A stretch of DNA of 64,000 nucleotides, from contig DF237407.1 of assembly GCA_000708835.1 (NCBI GenBank), positions 7,077 through 71,076 of the forward strand, in the 5' to 3' direction. Origin of the DNA: Klebsormidium nitens. Lineage: Eukaryota; Plantae; Klebsormidiophyceae. Made by a program: the position numbers and the translations under genes. The stretch's first letter is position 1; every line of letters starts with the position of its first letter. This document shows, piece after piece, positions 45,073 through 58,400 of this stretch. The notes under the pieces were generated by a model. The model had not been told where the DNA came from and made no database searches. It worked only from the letters and a program-made list of their open reading frames with translations.

Positions 45073-47779
45073 GGGTGTAGCGAGTATATCACGCCGGTTT
45101 GAGAAGAGAGATGTATCCTGCATTCACATAAAAGCGGGAATCAGAGAGGGCCTGTAGTACTTTCATAGCAAACTTGGAAAAATGACGACCGATCCAAAAA
45201 AATTAATAGAATCATGAGCAACGAAAGGAGACGTGATCAAACAAGCTTGGGAACGAGACCAGTCTTCGATCGGTTTTCCACTCTCGAGCACTCCAAAGAT
45301 TAAGAAAATCCCCATGCGTCATTGAAACTGCCAAGAGAGACACGAGCGACTCCATGAGGGGGATACTGGGGCTTGCAGACCTGTACAGGCCTTGAGCAAT
45401 CAGGAAGACGGCATCTGGATCAATGTAATTAAAGTGACATTGATTTTTGGGGCAGAACGTTCATAGCCATAAACGACACAGCCCACAATAGTGTACGAGT
45501 TTCTCCTCATTCACGTACACAGGGGAATAGGAAGCAAACTCAAGTATGTCTCGACCTTGCTGATGAAGCGCGCAATCTTACTTCAAACAGAGATTGACGT
45601 CGTGTATTCTACGGTACTAAGCTTCGATGTCTCTAGGGAAAAGAATTGGTGCGGGAGTATGTTGAATCACTTCAAGAATTGATTCTTAAGACAAGGCCTG
45701 TTGCATGGGTCAGGACAAACAGCAAGGGTCAGCCGTGCCGGCACAAGCAAAGAAGCATCCGAATAGCGCTCGAGAGAATGAGCTGTGGTACATACCGTGG
45801 CACTGCAAATGAAGTTTGGCTGTGCTCGCCTACTCGGACACAGCAGCCTAGTATGAAGTTTACGGGTTCTTCAGGTAGGCTGCAAATACGAAAAAGGTAT
45901 GCACTCAATGATTTCCGAACAGCTGCGCTCCGGCACAAAGTTCAGGCGTTCCAGGACTTGAAGTGCGCATTATGCTCTCGACTTTTCTGCCTCCAATATT
46001 GTGCTTGCGAATTCTGAAAGGAGAGCTTAGCACAGGGCACCGATCAACGCTTTGGGTACGGTCCTCAACCACGGGAAATAAGCTGAGGAACTAACGAGAG
46101 AAAGCGGTTGCCGTCTGAAACAAGATTGCACCACCAACCTATGAGAAGCTTGGCGTCACGATTGGTCAATATCGGCCTTTTAGACTGAGCATTCTGAAAC
46201 ACGGATTGCATGAGACAAAAGCCGTCAAAAATAGGCCGGTTGTAGGCTTCGAACGGTCGACTTGGAGAAGTGTCAAGGTGCGAGGCCGGGCAATACGGGT
46301 CCTCTTTGATTCGCTTCTAGCCCTTCTGCAGACCTGCTCCCCTCTCGAAACCTTTGTGCTCGTGCGTCGCAACAAATACGTCCAAGTTGACCCATCTTCT
46401 ACGTACCACTTGATGACCGTGAGTTCCCAGGCATGACGACACAAAAGGAACAGAAAATGGGAGAAGCAAAGCTTCCTGGAAGAAAGAACTCAATCAATGT
46501 AGGGTCGAAATTGGCGGAAGGTGACGAGATATCTTAGGCTGCACTCTCGACTAAGTTTTGATCGTTGCAAACCAGCACGTATCTCGATGCAACAACTCTC
46601 ACTTGGACCACGTTGTAGATCCGTAGAATAGTTTGTGCCCGAGACTGATGCACGACAGAACGGAAAGGCGAGTCTTTGATCAGATGCGGGATGAGTGAGT
46701 AGAATTGAAAGCGAGAGCCTCTCTATTCACTCGTCCGTGTGAGTGAAGGCACCATAAGCCCGACTATCTCAGGCAGAGACAGAGGTCCAAAAATATTTAG
46801 CAGAGATCACAACCGCAGTCGTCGAAAACAAAGGGCCTTGCGGAAAGTAAGGATGCAACCTGTATGATTGAACACCGAGTGCCCAGTCGTCTGGCTCAGC
46901 TTACATAGGGCTCAAAAGCTCCTTCGTTTGGGGACTGGAGGATGCTACCAAAGTCCTACTAGTGATTGCAAATATGTTTTAAGAGGCACGAGAAACCGAT
47001 CAAGCACACCAATGCAGAAGAACTGTCTTGCTTGCAGAAGAGTTTGTTCCTTTCTGCTGTTCGATTAATGAGCGTACCTTGACAAGGGTTTAGTCATCAA
47101 GTTCAAGCGACTCACCTTTCAACCATTTGATAGTCCGCTTGACAGCATTGGATAATACCACAGCTCTGGAGCTCCCTTATAGGCGCAGTTCAGATAAGTA
47201 GGCAAACGAACAGAATACGCCCAGGTTTCCCTGCATCATAATAAAGTTGCGCTGTGTTAAGTGATAATTCAAGACTCATTCTGTTGCTTTTCACAGCGTC
47301 GTAGGTGAATCCCTCCATGCCTGCCTTTTTGAAGCAGAACTTCCATTAATACAAGCAGAACTACAAGGGACTCCAGCATTACTGACGGCGGCAAGAAGTA
47401 CATACGGGGCGCGGTCGGATTCAGGATTGTTTGGGCAGAGGCAGCTCCTGTTAGGGCTGACGTTTTTTGTTGCGCGACCCAGCCTTCCAGGAAGGACGCA
47501 CTATCACATAAGGAAGTACACCGTCCACGTGCTTGGCAGGCACTTTAGGCTAAGAGATCATTCAGACCCCTCATGGAGCGGAGTCGTACTGAGAGCTGGC
47601 AGGGTTTGAGTCCAAAACTTCCAAGTACAAGAGAGCACAATCTATTTCAGAGGAGGATGTTGTGTGCCTGCACGACTACAAGAAAGGCCCCTTGTTTGGA
47701 GCCTGATGAAGTATGAAAGGTTGCTGAAAAGCCTTTTTCTACCGACAGGATTCAGGAAAAGCTTTCAACGTTGAGAACT

Positions 47780-49460
47780 TTAATTGTGTCTTTGTCGGCC
47801 CTGCCCATGATTCTGACAGCACCCTTGAGCTCCAGCGGCGGGCGTGAAACAATCCCAATGACTGCGTGTTCCCCTTCTGCCAGCATTCCGTAGTTTCAAC
47901 TGGCATCCACTAATGGCTGCTATTTGGATGATTGGCAGACTCTGAAGGTCCAGAGAGGGGGTCAGACCAAGCTTCAGAGTCAAGCACCTTGAACCTTCAA
48001 ACAAAACTTAGGTGCCTGCAATTGCTCCTCTAATCATTGTTCCTCGAGGAAGGACAATTGAACAGGTGATAGTCAAGGGATTACTCTGCACAGGACAGCA
48101 CAACCTCATCCTTCACAGCATCCGAGGAAGTATTTGAGAAGCATTTGGACAGGCCAAAAGGCTTGTGATTAGGGTTACAATAAAGCTGTCACCTTCACAC
48201 ACTAACAGACTTCTTCATATTTGCAACTCAATATTCAAACGTTGTTTCCAAAAGAATCTGCATCACTCTTCTCAAAGGCCTCCTCTTTGGTCAAGGTTTG
48301 AAAAGCTGACACAATTGACAATAAATCCAAACAATCTGCAAGGCGCGTGTGCTAACTGGCCAACATTGCATGCAAGTTTGAAAGCCCGAGCAGTGTAACA
48401 GCCACACTATACGTGGTAAAATCAGGGTGGCAATCACCCACTTGCAATTCCACATTGCCAGCTTTCGAAGCGTCAGCCGACACAGAGCTAGAGCCTTGTA
48501 TCTACTCTTGGACGGGTAGACGGTATCCTTGAAGCAACTTCCCTTGAAACAACACCGGAAGATTCTAAGAATGAGACTGTAAACCCAATGTGGTCCATGC
48601 TTACCTGAAACCCTAGAAGCCACAATCAATGCTGGCAACTCCCCAAAAGCCTTCAACGCAGTAGCCAATCCCTGCAATGCAATAGTGGCACTCCGCCTGC
48701 TGAGACAAATCTGCTGCTAAATGGATTGTAGAACTTTTGCACTAGCTACTCTGCATGATTTCCTTGATAAGAGCAGCAAAAACTAGCTTGGCTCTCAGTT
48801 TTGCTGACATGAATAAATGCAAGAATGTTCGAAAAGACTCCTTGTCAAACTCTGGAATTCCCTGACTATATATTGGAGACTGTGAGAAATTCTGCCCCTT
48901 CATTCGCATACGTAGAGCTTTTCCAGATGCAGGTGCAGCATAGCTTGGCAAGGTACATTGACGTGATAAATGCGCAGCAGCGCAGTAATGTGTCTACAGC
49001 ATAGGTTTTCTAAAAGCACTATCAACTTCCCAGGCCTCTAGATTTGTCACTGCCTGGCTGAGTCTGAAAATGCATTCAAGTCAGCCCTTGGCTCAGAGCA
49101 GCTTTTGCAACTTTCCTTGCAGGTGGTACCAGGCTGAATGTTTGGAGAGAAGCCCCTTCTCATTGACGTGGTGGAATAAAGACCCTGATCGATCTTTGCC
49201 AAAGCTGTTTTGCATGAAGTAGCAAAGATATCGGGTGAGAGCCAAACATAAGTTGGTTATCTTGTAGGTGGAAACGCCCATTGAATCTAAGGTAAGCCTG
49301 CAAAGCTGGCATAAAGGAAGAACTGTGATCGGCCGATGCTGAGGAGCAAAACGAAAGAAGAACGCGCCGGGGGCAGCACGTTCGAATCCAGCTGCCATGA
49401 AATTACTCACCTTGCAGTGCCTTGTTGATAAGCGCAGGCTTGTTTTTCTCATATGCAAAC
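47780..49460 (-). pseudogene. Possible decayed leucine-rich-repeat (F-box/LRR-like) gene
   Basis: Short broken ORFs with LRR-like strings LRKLAMWNC, LILPRIVWLLHCSG and LDLQSLPIIQIAAISGCQL. Many stops; no intact model. Confidence 0.3.
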
Positions 49461-49949
49461 CAACACTGAGTCATTAAGCAGTGGTCGAGACGCTTCACTG
49501 TTGTCATGGATCAATAGCGCTAGCTGCTTCCGAAGCTCAGCACTCGGCGCAGCAAACACGTCTGTCTGACATGGTCAGTGACAACTTGTTGAACATTGCT
49601 GGAGACTCAAGAATTTAGAAGTGTGCTCAAAGCTGGACAGTACGGTATCACCACGGGTCCACGACAACGAAAGTCGGCCTCGCGATTTAATGCACCCGTG
49701 TGCCGCCTGTTTTACAGTCGGCTTCGGCTCTGCCAGGAAAATGTCAACACGCGGTACGTACCAGACAATGAGCCGGGCATATGGATGCTAAAGATGAATT
49801 CCCGATTGGAGAACGGTAAGTTCTCTGGTCCAGACCTTTACGTACCGGCGTGCTAACCCGATATTTTTAACAGGCATACCGTAACCCGTTACCCGTATAC
49901 GGTATGATATTAAAGGCTGGGCCGACCAGGCGTGATTACCACGAACCGG

Positions 49950-50490
49950 TGTCATGTGTGGACCTAGCCGGCTGGAGCGAGGGTCTAACCGGTGCCGAAG
50001 GCACCCAGCCGGCTGGGCTCCGGCTGGAAAACCGGCGTGAGTGACCGGGTACCGGCTGAGATTGGCTGAGAGACTGTCCAGCTAGCTAGATACCCGGCTA
50101 AATGGATCCGGGGACTTGCGGCAGGAACGAAGGGTGGCCCGACCTGTCGTCACTGCACGGTCAAATTCGGGCCGCCAACTTCCGACCGGCGGCCGCGCGT
50201 CGGCCTCAGCGGCCCGCCCGGCGGGCCCGGCGAGATCGGCCGGACGTACGATCGTACGACGGTCACTCAGCTCAGAGCTGCAGCAAGGCCCGGACCAGGG
50301 TTTCCCACGGACTTTTGTCCCGGCCGGCCAGCTGCCGGCGGCCCCCCGGTTCAGCCGGCTCGATAGGCGGTCTTTGGCTGTACCGGCCGGCTGGGCCTAG
50401 CAAGTGCCTGCATTTTCTGCCGGCTAGCAGCCGGCGGGGTGCCTTCGGCACCGGCCGGGGTCCCATCTCGGCCGGCCAGGTCCAGGTTCT
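49950..50490. mobile_element. GC-rich foldback / long-TIR non-autonomous element remnant
   Basis: Perfect 17-bp inverted pair CCGGTGCCGAAGGCACC (49989-50005) / GGTGCCTTCGGCACCGG (50438-50454). It lies within imperfect arms of ~65 bp (GGACCTAGCCGGC... / ...GCCGGCCAGGTCC). Dense GCCGGC motifs; no TSD identified. Confidence 0.55.
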
Positions 50491-53400
50491 CTTGCCGGCT
50501 GTGGGAAACCCTGGCCCGGACTGCCGGGGAAGGCAAAGCTGTTGGCTACGACTGAACAAGCGCAACATGATCTTGGCAGCAATCATTGAATTTGGTGAGC
50601 AGACGGAAAACCGTTGAATAATCTGGCCTGCTTGGCTGCGCAAAAATGGTAGAACCCCGGGTTCAAGTTGACAATCCTGGATCAGTGTCAGCTCGACGCG
50701 CTTGATCAGTGGCTAGAGACTATGTGGGACTCAAGCTTATAGAAGTCACTGAATCTTGAAGGTCGTCGGAAGCAGGACCCTCCAGGAAAATCCGGTGGCT
50801 CTAGATCACCAAATCAAACTTACGCGTGAACGATCGAGGCTGACCTTGATAAGGGTTTTAGTCCGACTTTGTAATCAGGCAGTACAAGTATATTCTCAAG
50901 TCTAATCAAATCTTTAACCAGCTATCATTCGACGTCTATATGTCTGCGCCGCTGTACCAAGATACCAACTTAACTCACAACTGTTCCCAACCAAGGTTTG
51001 ACGTGGTCATTGTAATAAGCACAACTGGCAAGTCTACGTAGCTTTTACTCCATTGGAGGTTCGCTTTCTTGTAAACTGATAACTCAAAACGGTGCGAACG
51101 GTGCACCTTAGAATAGTATAAACATGCGTTGCGTTCGCTGGTGATTTGCATTGGCCTTGTAGACAGAACGTCAGATGACCCACCATGCACGGGCGGCTCA
51201 GATGGCGATGCGGTACTTACTTTCATCAGTATCTTTGACCGCGGTGGGGTGGCGCCGGTGGGGCGGGGCGGCGCAGGCGCAGCAGCGAGCGCTGAAAACC
51301 GAGTGGCCTGCGCAGCCAATGATAGCATGCGACCATGCTTCGCCAGCTAGCAGCGGCTGCGCGCTTCAGACCTGACCCGCAAAGTATGGCCGCGCTCCTC
51401 TCCTCTATTTTTTGAAAAAGGTGAAGTCTGCCAACCGGCAACTGATCAACTGGGTTCAGTATCAATCTAAAAGCAAAGGTTGAAGCAAGCCTACTTCCCG
51501 TCAAGACGTTTGAGAACGTCTGATGCCCCTAGTGAGTCCCTCTTAAAGTAGGAAATGAATAAGCCGTCAACGAGTCCGTTGGTCCATCTCTGGTTGAATA
51601 TCGTCGGTTAGATAATCGCCAGGGGAACTTTGGTGGAGATGCAGGCCAGCGAAAGGGCAGCCGCTCAATCTATTTTAGATTTTGCTTGAGATACTGGTCC
51701 GATGAAAGCCAGAGAAGCTCAATGATCGGAATGGACGGAGACTGCGCGCTCGATCACTTATTGCAAACCTCAATCATTCGCTGCTTAGCTAGCGAACTTT
51801 TCCTTGAAAGGTTCCCTCTTTGCGCCGATTCGGATAACGTCAAGATCCTGTCTAATTTAAGAGTCCTCACGAGCTGAAAACATGGAACCTCGTAAGGTGG
51901 TGATAGTTTTGCAGTTGCAGAGCCAGCATACATTTCCTTAAGCGCTCGCGACATGAAGGAGATGGGTTGGAGTGGACAGCCGTAGCTAATTCATGCCGCT
52001 GGAACAAGGAAGCTATATAGCGGGTTACAGCAAAATTGCGGTAAATCTAGCGGGGAATCAAAAACGTTACATACTTTCTTACAAGGCAGAAATCGAGCTG
52101 GTCTCGTGAAAAACATGACCGGTGAACCTTATGCTCAACCTCTCAGTGCTGGCTGCACCCATTAAACAGATTGCTTCTGAGAATAGCTCAGCAGACGAAA
52201 GTAGTGCGGCTGCGCGAGCACCCGCGGCCGCGCGTGCGCGCCTGAACGGCTGGCGCGCGTAGATTGCGGCCCCGAGAGCGCAACGGAGCAGATACTAGCG
52301 CGGAAGTGCGGGGACGCGAGCGCGCTGAGCGCGGATCGCGTGCACTGCGGCCCCGCAAGCACTGGCAGTGTATTTCTCAAAGAACCGACTGAGACGTTTC
52401 GTGCCATTCGTTTCGCCCTATTGGCCGGCTGTACCGAGTTTTGGCACGACGTGTCGATGAATTCCTGCTTACCAATAGGAAGAGCGGCTCTCTCGCGGCA
52501 GATTGCAGATGGCGTCACATTCAGAGAAGTGAAACGGCTCTGCCAAACACGTATGTGGCAAAGCGTGGATCGATCCAAGCCACCCTTCAAGATACGCGCC
52601 CTAAACGGCTTTGTCAGCAATCAACTGCAGGAGTCTCATTTGTTGTTACTTATTCCACTGGCGAAAACAGCTTACTTATCAAGAAAGATATGAACGGTTT
52701 CAGGATCATGCGTGCCAGCAGAGGCCACAAGTACGTAGTTTTGACAGCACTTGCTGTTGAAAGGCAGCACCGCCTCTACCCCCGTTTCTAAGGCGCACTC
52801 GAAAGCCTGGCCTTCGGGAATGAAACAAGCTGTAAGCCCCGAAAACGACTTTCGAAACGTCCCGCCATTCGTCGTGCGGGACGGACGGCCAGATCATCTG
52901 GAATTTTACGTCGAACTACTTGTCGGTCCCAGCGCCAGCTCGTTCAGTATCATGGGGCTAGCGGAACAGCGGAAACTTGAGCAAATCTGCTGTACCCGGG
53001 AGCATCCCCGCTGGTGCGAAGCGGGAACCAAAGGCCCGGCTTACTTCCATATGAAGGGCGGCTTCTGTAAAACTTGTAAGATGAAAGTGAGCGGGTAATA
53101 CAACCGGAATCTTGTGCTAATAGCACGTTACCTTGTTTGCGGCCACGTCCAATAAACGGCCCCGGCTGCACGTAAACCCGTACGTATACGATGCCGCATG
53201 CTCGCAAATGCGGCGGCCGCCTGGCATCATGATCGGTCGGGGCATGAGGCGCGGCAGCGCGAGCTTCCGCGCAAGGCGGCAGCGGCACAGCAGGTGAGGT
53301 GTCATTTATGCGGCCTCTGGAAAGGCACGGTGACTCTGATCTAGACATGACAATCTCTGTCTCATTGCTGTCCTGACTTCTGCCAACTCGACGAAAAACA

Positions 53401-54199
53401 GCATACGGATCTGCTTATAGATTGCGCTTGCCTGCGACGGCTCATTGAGGATCCTGAGTTGAGACTTACCACTGGGATACTGCGTAAGACTTAGAGGAGC
53501 ACATGAATTGCGGTCTGATATGCACGGACGTCGCGCTTTAGCAGCAAACGTGGGGCCTCAGTTTCAAGACATACAAAGATAAGTGGTCCGGCGGTATGCG
53601 CTGGCCACCGTACTGAACTTACATCAAAGCCTCGCTTCGTTCTGCGACATGTCATGATGGAAGTAAGCGACCAACGAATCGTGGTGCTTGCAAGTGCTTG
53701 CAAGTGCTTTTCAATGAAAACAGTCCCACGTCAAAGGGCACTTTAGCAGCAATCTCAGCAATACCATAGGTATTACGGAGTAGACCGTAAAATTCCAACT
53801 GGAAGAACCCAGTAGGCGATGAACGTGCAGAAGGAAGATTCATTGATCTACAGTCGACTAGATTTAAGTCGAAAGGAGGCTGTAAATCCTAGGTTAACTT
53901 TACTTTCAAATAGGACCGGGCCTGGGTCCTCGAAACAAAAGTGAAAGAAAATCAAATATCGTAAGGACGAGGAAGTCCGATGTGTACAGTAATGTTGCTT
54001 CGCGGAAAGATTGGGCCTGGCAAACAGTGACTGCTTTGATGTGGATTTTATTTCCATTTTCGGAAAGGCGAGACTGCATTAGTATGCTTCAAAGAAAGGT
54101 CAAAGGAGCCCTCGGGTCGTGCTTCAGGCTCCGTTCGCGTCGCTGACGTTCGCACTCGGCGCTGCTCGCTCGAAGCTGATTCATTAGGCATTTGATTGC

Positions 54200-55450
54200 A
54201 AGACGTAGAAAACCTAGCGGAAAAACGAGTCACCAACTCCATAACTACACGCTGACGTTGGAAAAGGAGCGTCAGCTTTGTCACCCCCCACTTCTGTGCG
54301 TGGAAGAATCACATCTCCGGGGGCGTTACATCGTTGCTGCCAACAAGGATTTGGAAGCGTGTTTCAAGTCGCTCTTCTGTTTCTTAAGGTGGGCAGACGT
54401 GGTTGATTGATAAGAAATAACGTCAGCATCATTGTTACGAAGGCCGTCAATCTGTCTCTTGTTGCGGTCACTAGGTGCTCCGTCGTACGATTGCGAAGGA
54501 ACTCCGAACCAGGCCAGCGAAATAAGGGAACCGTTACATCGGGGCCAGTACATATGCGCCGCGGGAAGTAAAAACTATCGGCTTGATTTTGACATCAGCT
54601 GCATGGCACAACAATATCATCAGACCTTTTGAGAGATCGCTCCATTCCAGAATGATTGGCTTGCAGCGCTCTTGAAAAGAACCGGAAAAACTTGGTACTA
54701 AAGTACAAATTCTTGGAAACTCGGGCTCAATGTCATAGGGCTGGTCTTAGAGTCTAGTTCAAACGGCATCACTTTTGAGAGGCTCGTTGGCGGAGCAGAC
54801 AAAGACCCAAGTGTCAGTGTAGTACACCACTGCCATCATGACCCTTCGCTTCAATTCGAGGCAAATCGTGATCACCGTTAGGCTGCCAAAATAATCCTAC
54901 AAAATCTGGCAAAGCCAGCAATGACTTTTCTACCAAAATCCGCCAGTCTAGACTTGCATTCCGGAAGTTTGCATCTCTTGCTTGCCAAGCCTGGAAGCTG
55001 CAAAACGGCAACGGATCTCGTTTTGTGGTTGGCACAGGCGGATCTAGTGCCTGTTTGTAAGGAAGGAAAGCTCTCCAGAATACAAACGTCTTTGGATGCG
55101 AGCTTTCTCGATGATGTGTGGGAGCTGCCAAAACCTTCAGAGCACCCATCCGCTGCTTTCGCAGGAGCCTTAGGAGGCCCGAATCCTGGATAATTCGCAT
55201 CATGGGCAAAGAATTGGCGAAAAAAGGTGCTATTCAATCCTGAGCGCACAATGGCGTTGATCGAAAGTAGGCACCAAATCTTTCTTTCTAAAAACAGCAC
55301 TGATGAGGACTTTTAAGTAGGAAGGCCTAGTCTCATCTGCCAAGCTTCCTGCGCTCTTGATTTTCTCCGCACTCAGTTCCTGTCTCATCTCAACAAAAAA
55401 GATAGTGACTTTGTCATGTGGGTATCCGCGCACTGGATACAAATTCAAGT
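54200..55450 (+). pseudogene. Decayed coding relic with a degenerate P-loop (Walker A)
   Basis: LHLLLAKPGSCKT at 54969-55007. GCC and TGC are each one base from GGC, which would restore GKPGSGKT after a hydrophobic strand. Flanking frames look protein-like but contain stops. Confidence 0.3.
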
Positions 55451-58400
55451 AGCAGCTAGTAAAGTTGGGCTCGGTGCAGAAATGGTAATTGCTCGCCAGC
55501 GATCATGTGCAAAGATCTGAAAGGTGCCAACTTGAAGAACAGGTCAGCAAGCAACGGTGAAGCCTTCCTGAAGACACGAACTTGACGTGGCGACTGATAC
55601 ACCTGCTACTAAGAGGTCACGTACTCTGAGCATTCGGACGTAGCGGGGGCTTCGGAGACCGTGACAACCAGTAGGCCAAGCAGTCTCTGCCTTTTCGAGA
55701 TTGTGAAACGCCGACATCTATTCTCGAAAAGACCGAGCGTCTGGCGCCTGGCTGCAAGGCTTTCGGCATCAGCGGGCAGGAACAATGCTCGTGGGCCGCC
55801 AAAAATAGACATACACCCAAGTTCTCAGGCCGCATCGTTGCCGGGGCGTTCTGAACGGGCAAGCAGAGACATCATGGAACAGGCTAAGTAAAGCCGCATC
55901 ACAAATGCAGAAGAGCTCGTCCGATCACAGAACACTGTGTCGGAGTCACAGACGTGATTGGCCTTGGACAGAAAATTTTGCCTACCAAAGATTTTCGCAA
56001 CCTCAGCCCGAAGTACGTCTCGGTGCCATCAGGATATCAGTCCCTTCCGGAGACGATGACAGCAGGGCGCCTTCAAACGGTGGCATCTCAGAGTCTCCTC
56101 GTAAAGTGCCGTCAGGAAGCTCAAGTCACTGGAAGCATACTTTTAATCAATTAGCGATGGAACAAGCGAACTAGTGCAGAAAGAGAGGTTCAGCGAGTCT
56201 GCAAACGCCTCAAAAGCAAAGGTTGAAGGTCAAAACTTTCCAGGATGCTACTTCGTTTGCAAGATAAAGACGGTGTCTCGATTATTCTAGATCTACACTT
56301 CAACGTCCTGACAAGAGAGTCGGTGAGTTAAGGTGCTGGATCACAGCTCCCGCGTGTATAAGGAGAGCTAGCCCGTACAATTCGCGCGCGCGCGCGAGTC
56401 GCTCGCGCGGGCCCACCGCACGCATCGCCAGGCCTCCAAGGACTTGCGTTGTCAAGGGCAGAGGCGACTCGGGCAGAACCGCCCACCAGGCTAAGTTGAT
56501 GGAAGGAGTTCAAGACTCTCACCCCTTCACGAAGCTTCTTAATTGTGTCTCAGTCTGCACGGTAGTCAACCTTTCTTTGAAAGATATATCCATCTTTCAA
56601 TAGGACATGTATTTTAATGCAAAGATTTCAAGAGTCCGAGATGAGGTAAGCTGAAGAACTGCTCTTCAAGAATATCATGGCTCATTCATACGCACTTACA
56701 GTGGTCAGACTCAACGTGCCAGTCGGAGTTAATCCGGTCACTGCCTTCTTAGTGGCACTTCAAACTCAGCAGAGTTGTCGCTCCTATCTAGCCAAGGTGC
56801 ACCGCTGAACTGATGCTCCTTTCCGTTTCAAAAAAGCACTATGAAGCGGAAAATGTACAATTAGGAGAAGACAAGTCTAGGGAAAGGCCACTATGGGTAT
56901 TTAGAGATTACTCTTAACATCTGAGATCATGCTTCAGAGACGCAGGTCCGAACAATCCGCTCAACTAATTACCCACGCGTCGATGTTTGTAATTCTGCTG
57001 AGCGGAGGATGAGGTGAAAAAGCAAATGAACGCGGGGCGGCGTGGCGCGGGCTCGCGCGCGGCTGCGCCTTAAGAAGCGCGCGCAATTATAGCGAAAGTG
57101 GCCTAAGCTCATGCGAATTCGAGCGCGACAACGCCGTCACATGCAGTAGGAAATACGGAAACTAGAAACAAGCAAGGATGAAAGAAAACCAAACGGATTA
57201 AGGGTTGAGGCGTCAGAAGTGCTCAAAGAAGAGTACGTGCCTGATGGGCAGAAGCGGAGAGCAGACATGAATCACCGCCGCCGCCCGCTCTCGAAATGGA
57301 ATCGGTCGAAGACGCTTCCCTATTGAACATCATTGAAAAATTTAGATTGTCTTCACAGACAGGTCGGGTGGGATCCACTAAAGCAGACTGTCAATCGTAA
57401 CATTGGGAAAGTGACAAATGTCTTGTAACTTTGGGAAAGTGTTAAATCCATATTTTTGAATAATGATTCAAGCCCACTACGCCTTGAAATCTTGAAGCTG
57501 CAGTCAGGCACAGGCCACGCATAGGCTTGGGTCGTTTGCCGGGAACCGCCTTCGAGACAAAGGTGCTGGTGTGCCTGGACGGCAGCCCATCTTTTGTTTC
57601 AAACGATGGTACGGAAATCCACAAAGTGACAGGTACGCATCCATGGGGAAACAAATCGAGACGACTTACGTGCCGTGCCTATAACGCAAGCTGAATGAGT
57701 GGCAAATGAGTGGCACCTGCCAAATTGGTGTGATGCGCTGTCCACGCTGGGACCGAAATGGGCGCTGAAGAACGAGATTGAAAAACAGCTTAGCGTTCGG
57801 CAGCGTTCCGGCTGCGCGCGCCGTTCGCGGCGCGGCCGCGAGCGCTTCTACGCGCCAAGCGGGCCGGCGCGCGGGCATGCGTGTGAGGACGGATCGAGCG
57901 GTGAGATCGAGACGTGCGCATCGGTCCAACACGACTGATCCGTTTCTGGCACGAGAGTGATTTCTATCTTAAAAAAACTTGGGAGTACCCACCCGAAACG
58001 AGGTCGCGTGCACAACTCCGCATGCACCTCGATCGAGACCCTGTAGTGCACCCAAGTGCGCCATCAAATCCAGATCGACGAGCTTTGTGCCGTCATGCGA
58101 ATCCAGTACACACGAAGAAACCAACCACAAAAAACTAGGCTGATGATCGTATGTCCGTCGAGACTGCGAGCTAGGACATGCAGCCCCATCGTTCCGGCCA
58201 AAATGGTTGATGTAAAATCTGATCTCTGTACCTCGAACTTGGAGTATTCAAACACTGACAGCATAGCACTTGGTCTCGCTTGATACTGAAGATACACAGA
58301 TTTGGAAATGAACAGCAGAATAACAACCTGTTGCCAGAAGCCTCACAATACGGCTGTCAAAAGGCGTGGGCGCCGACTATGTGCGGACGCCGGTGCTCCA

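Noticed and set aside
54290-54350. LCVEESHLRGRYIVAANKDL, resembling a SET-domain N-terminus
   Set aside because: No downstream SET motifs (NHSC, ELxxxY) are visible and the frame closes soon after. Too weak to call.
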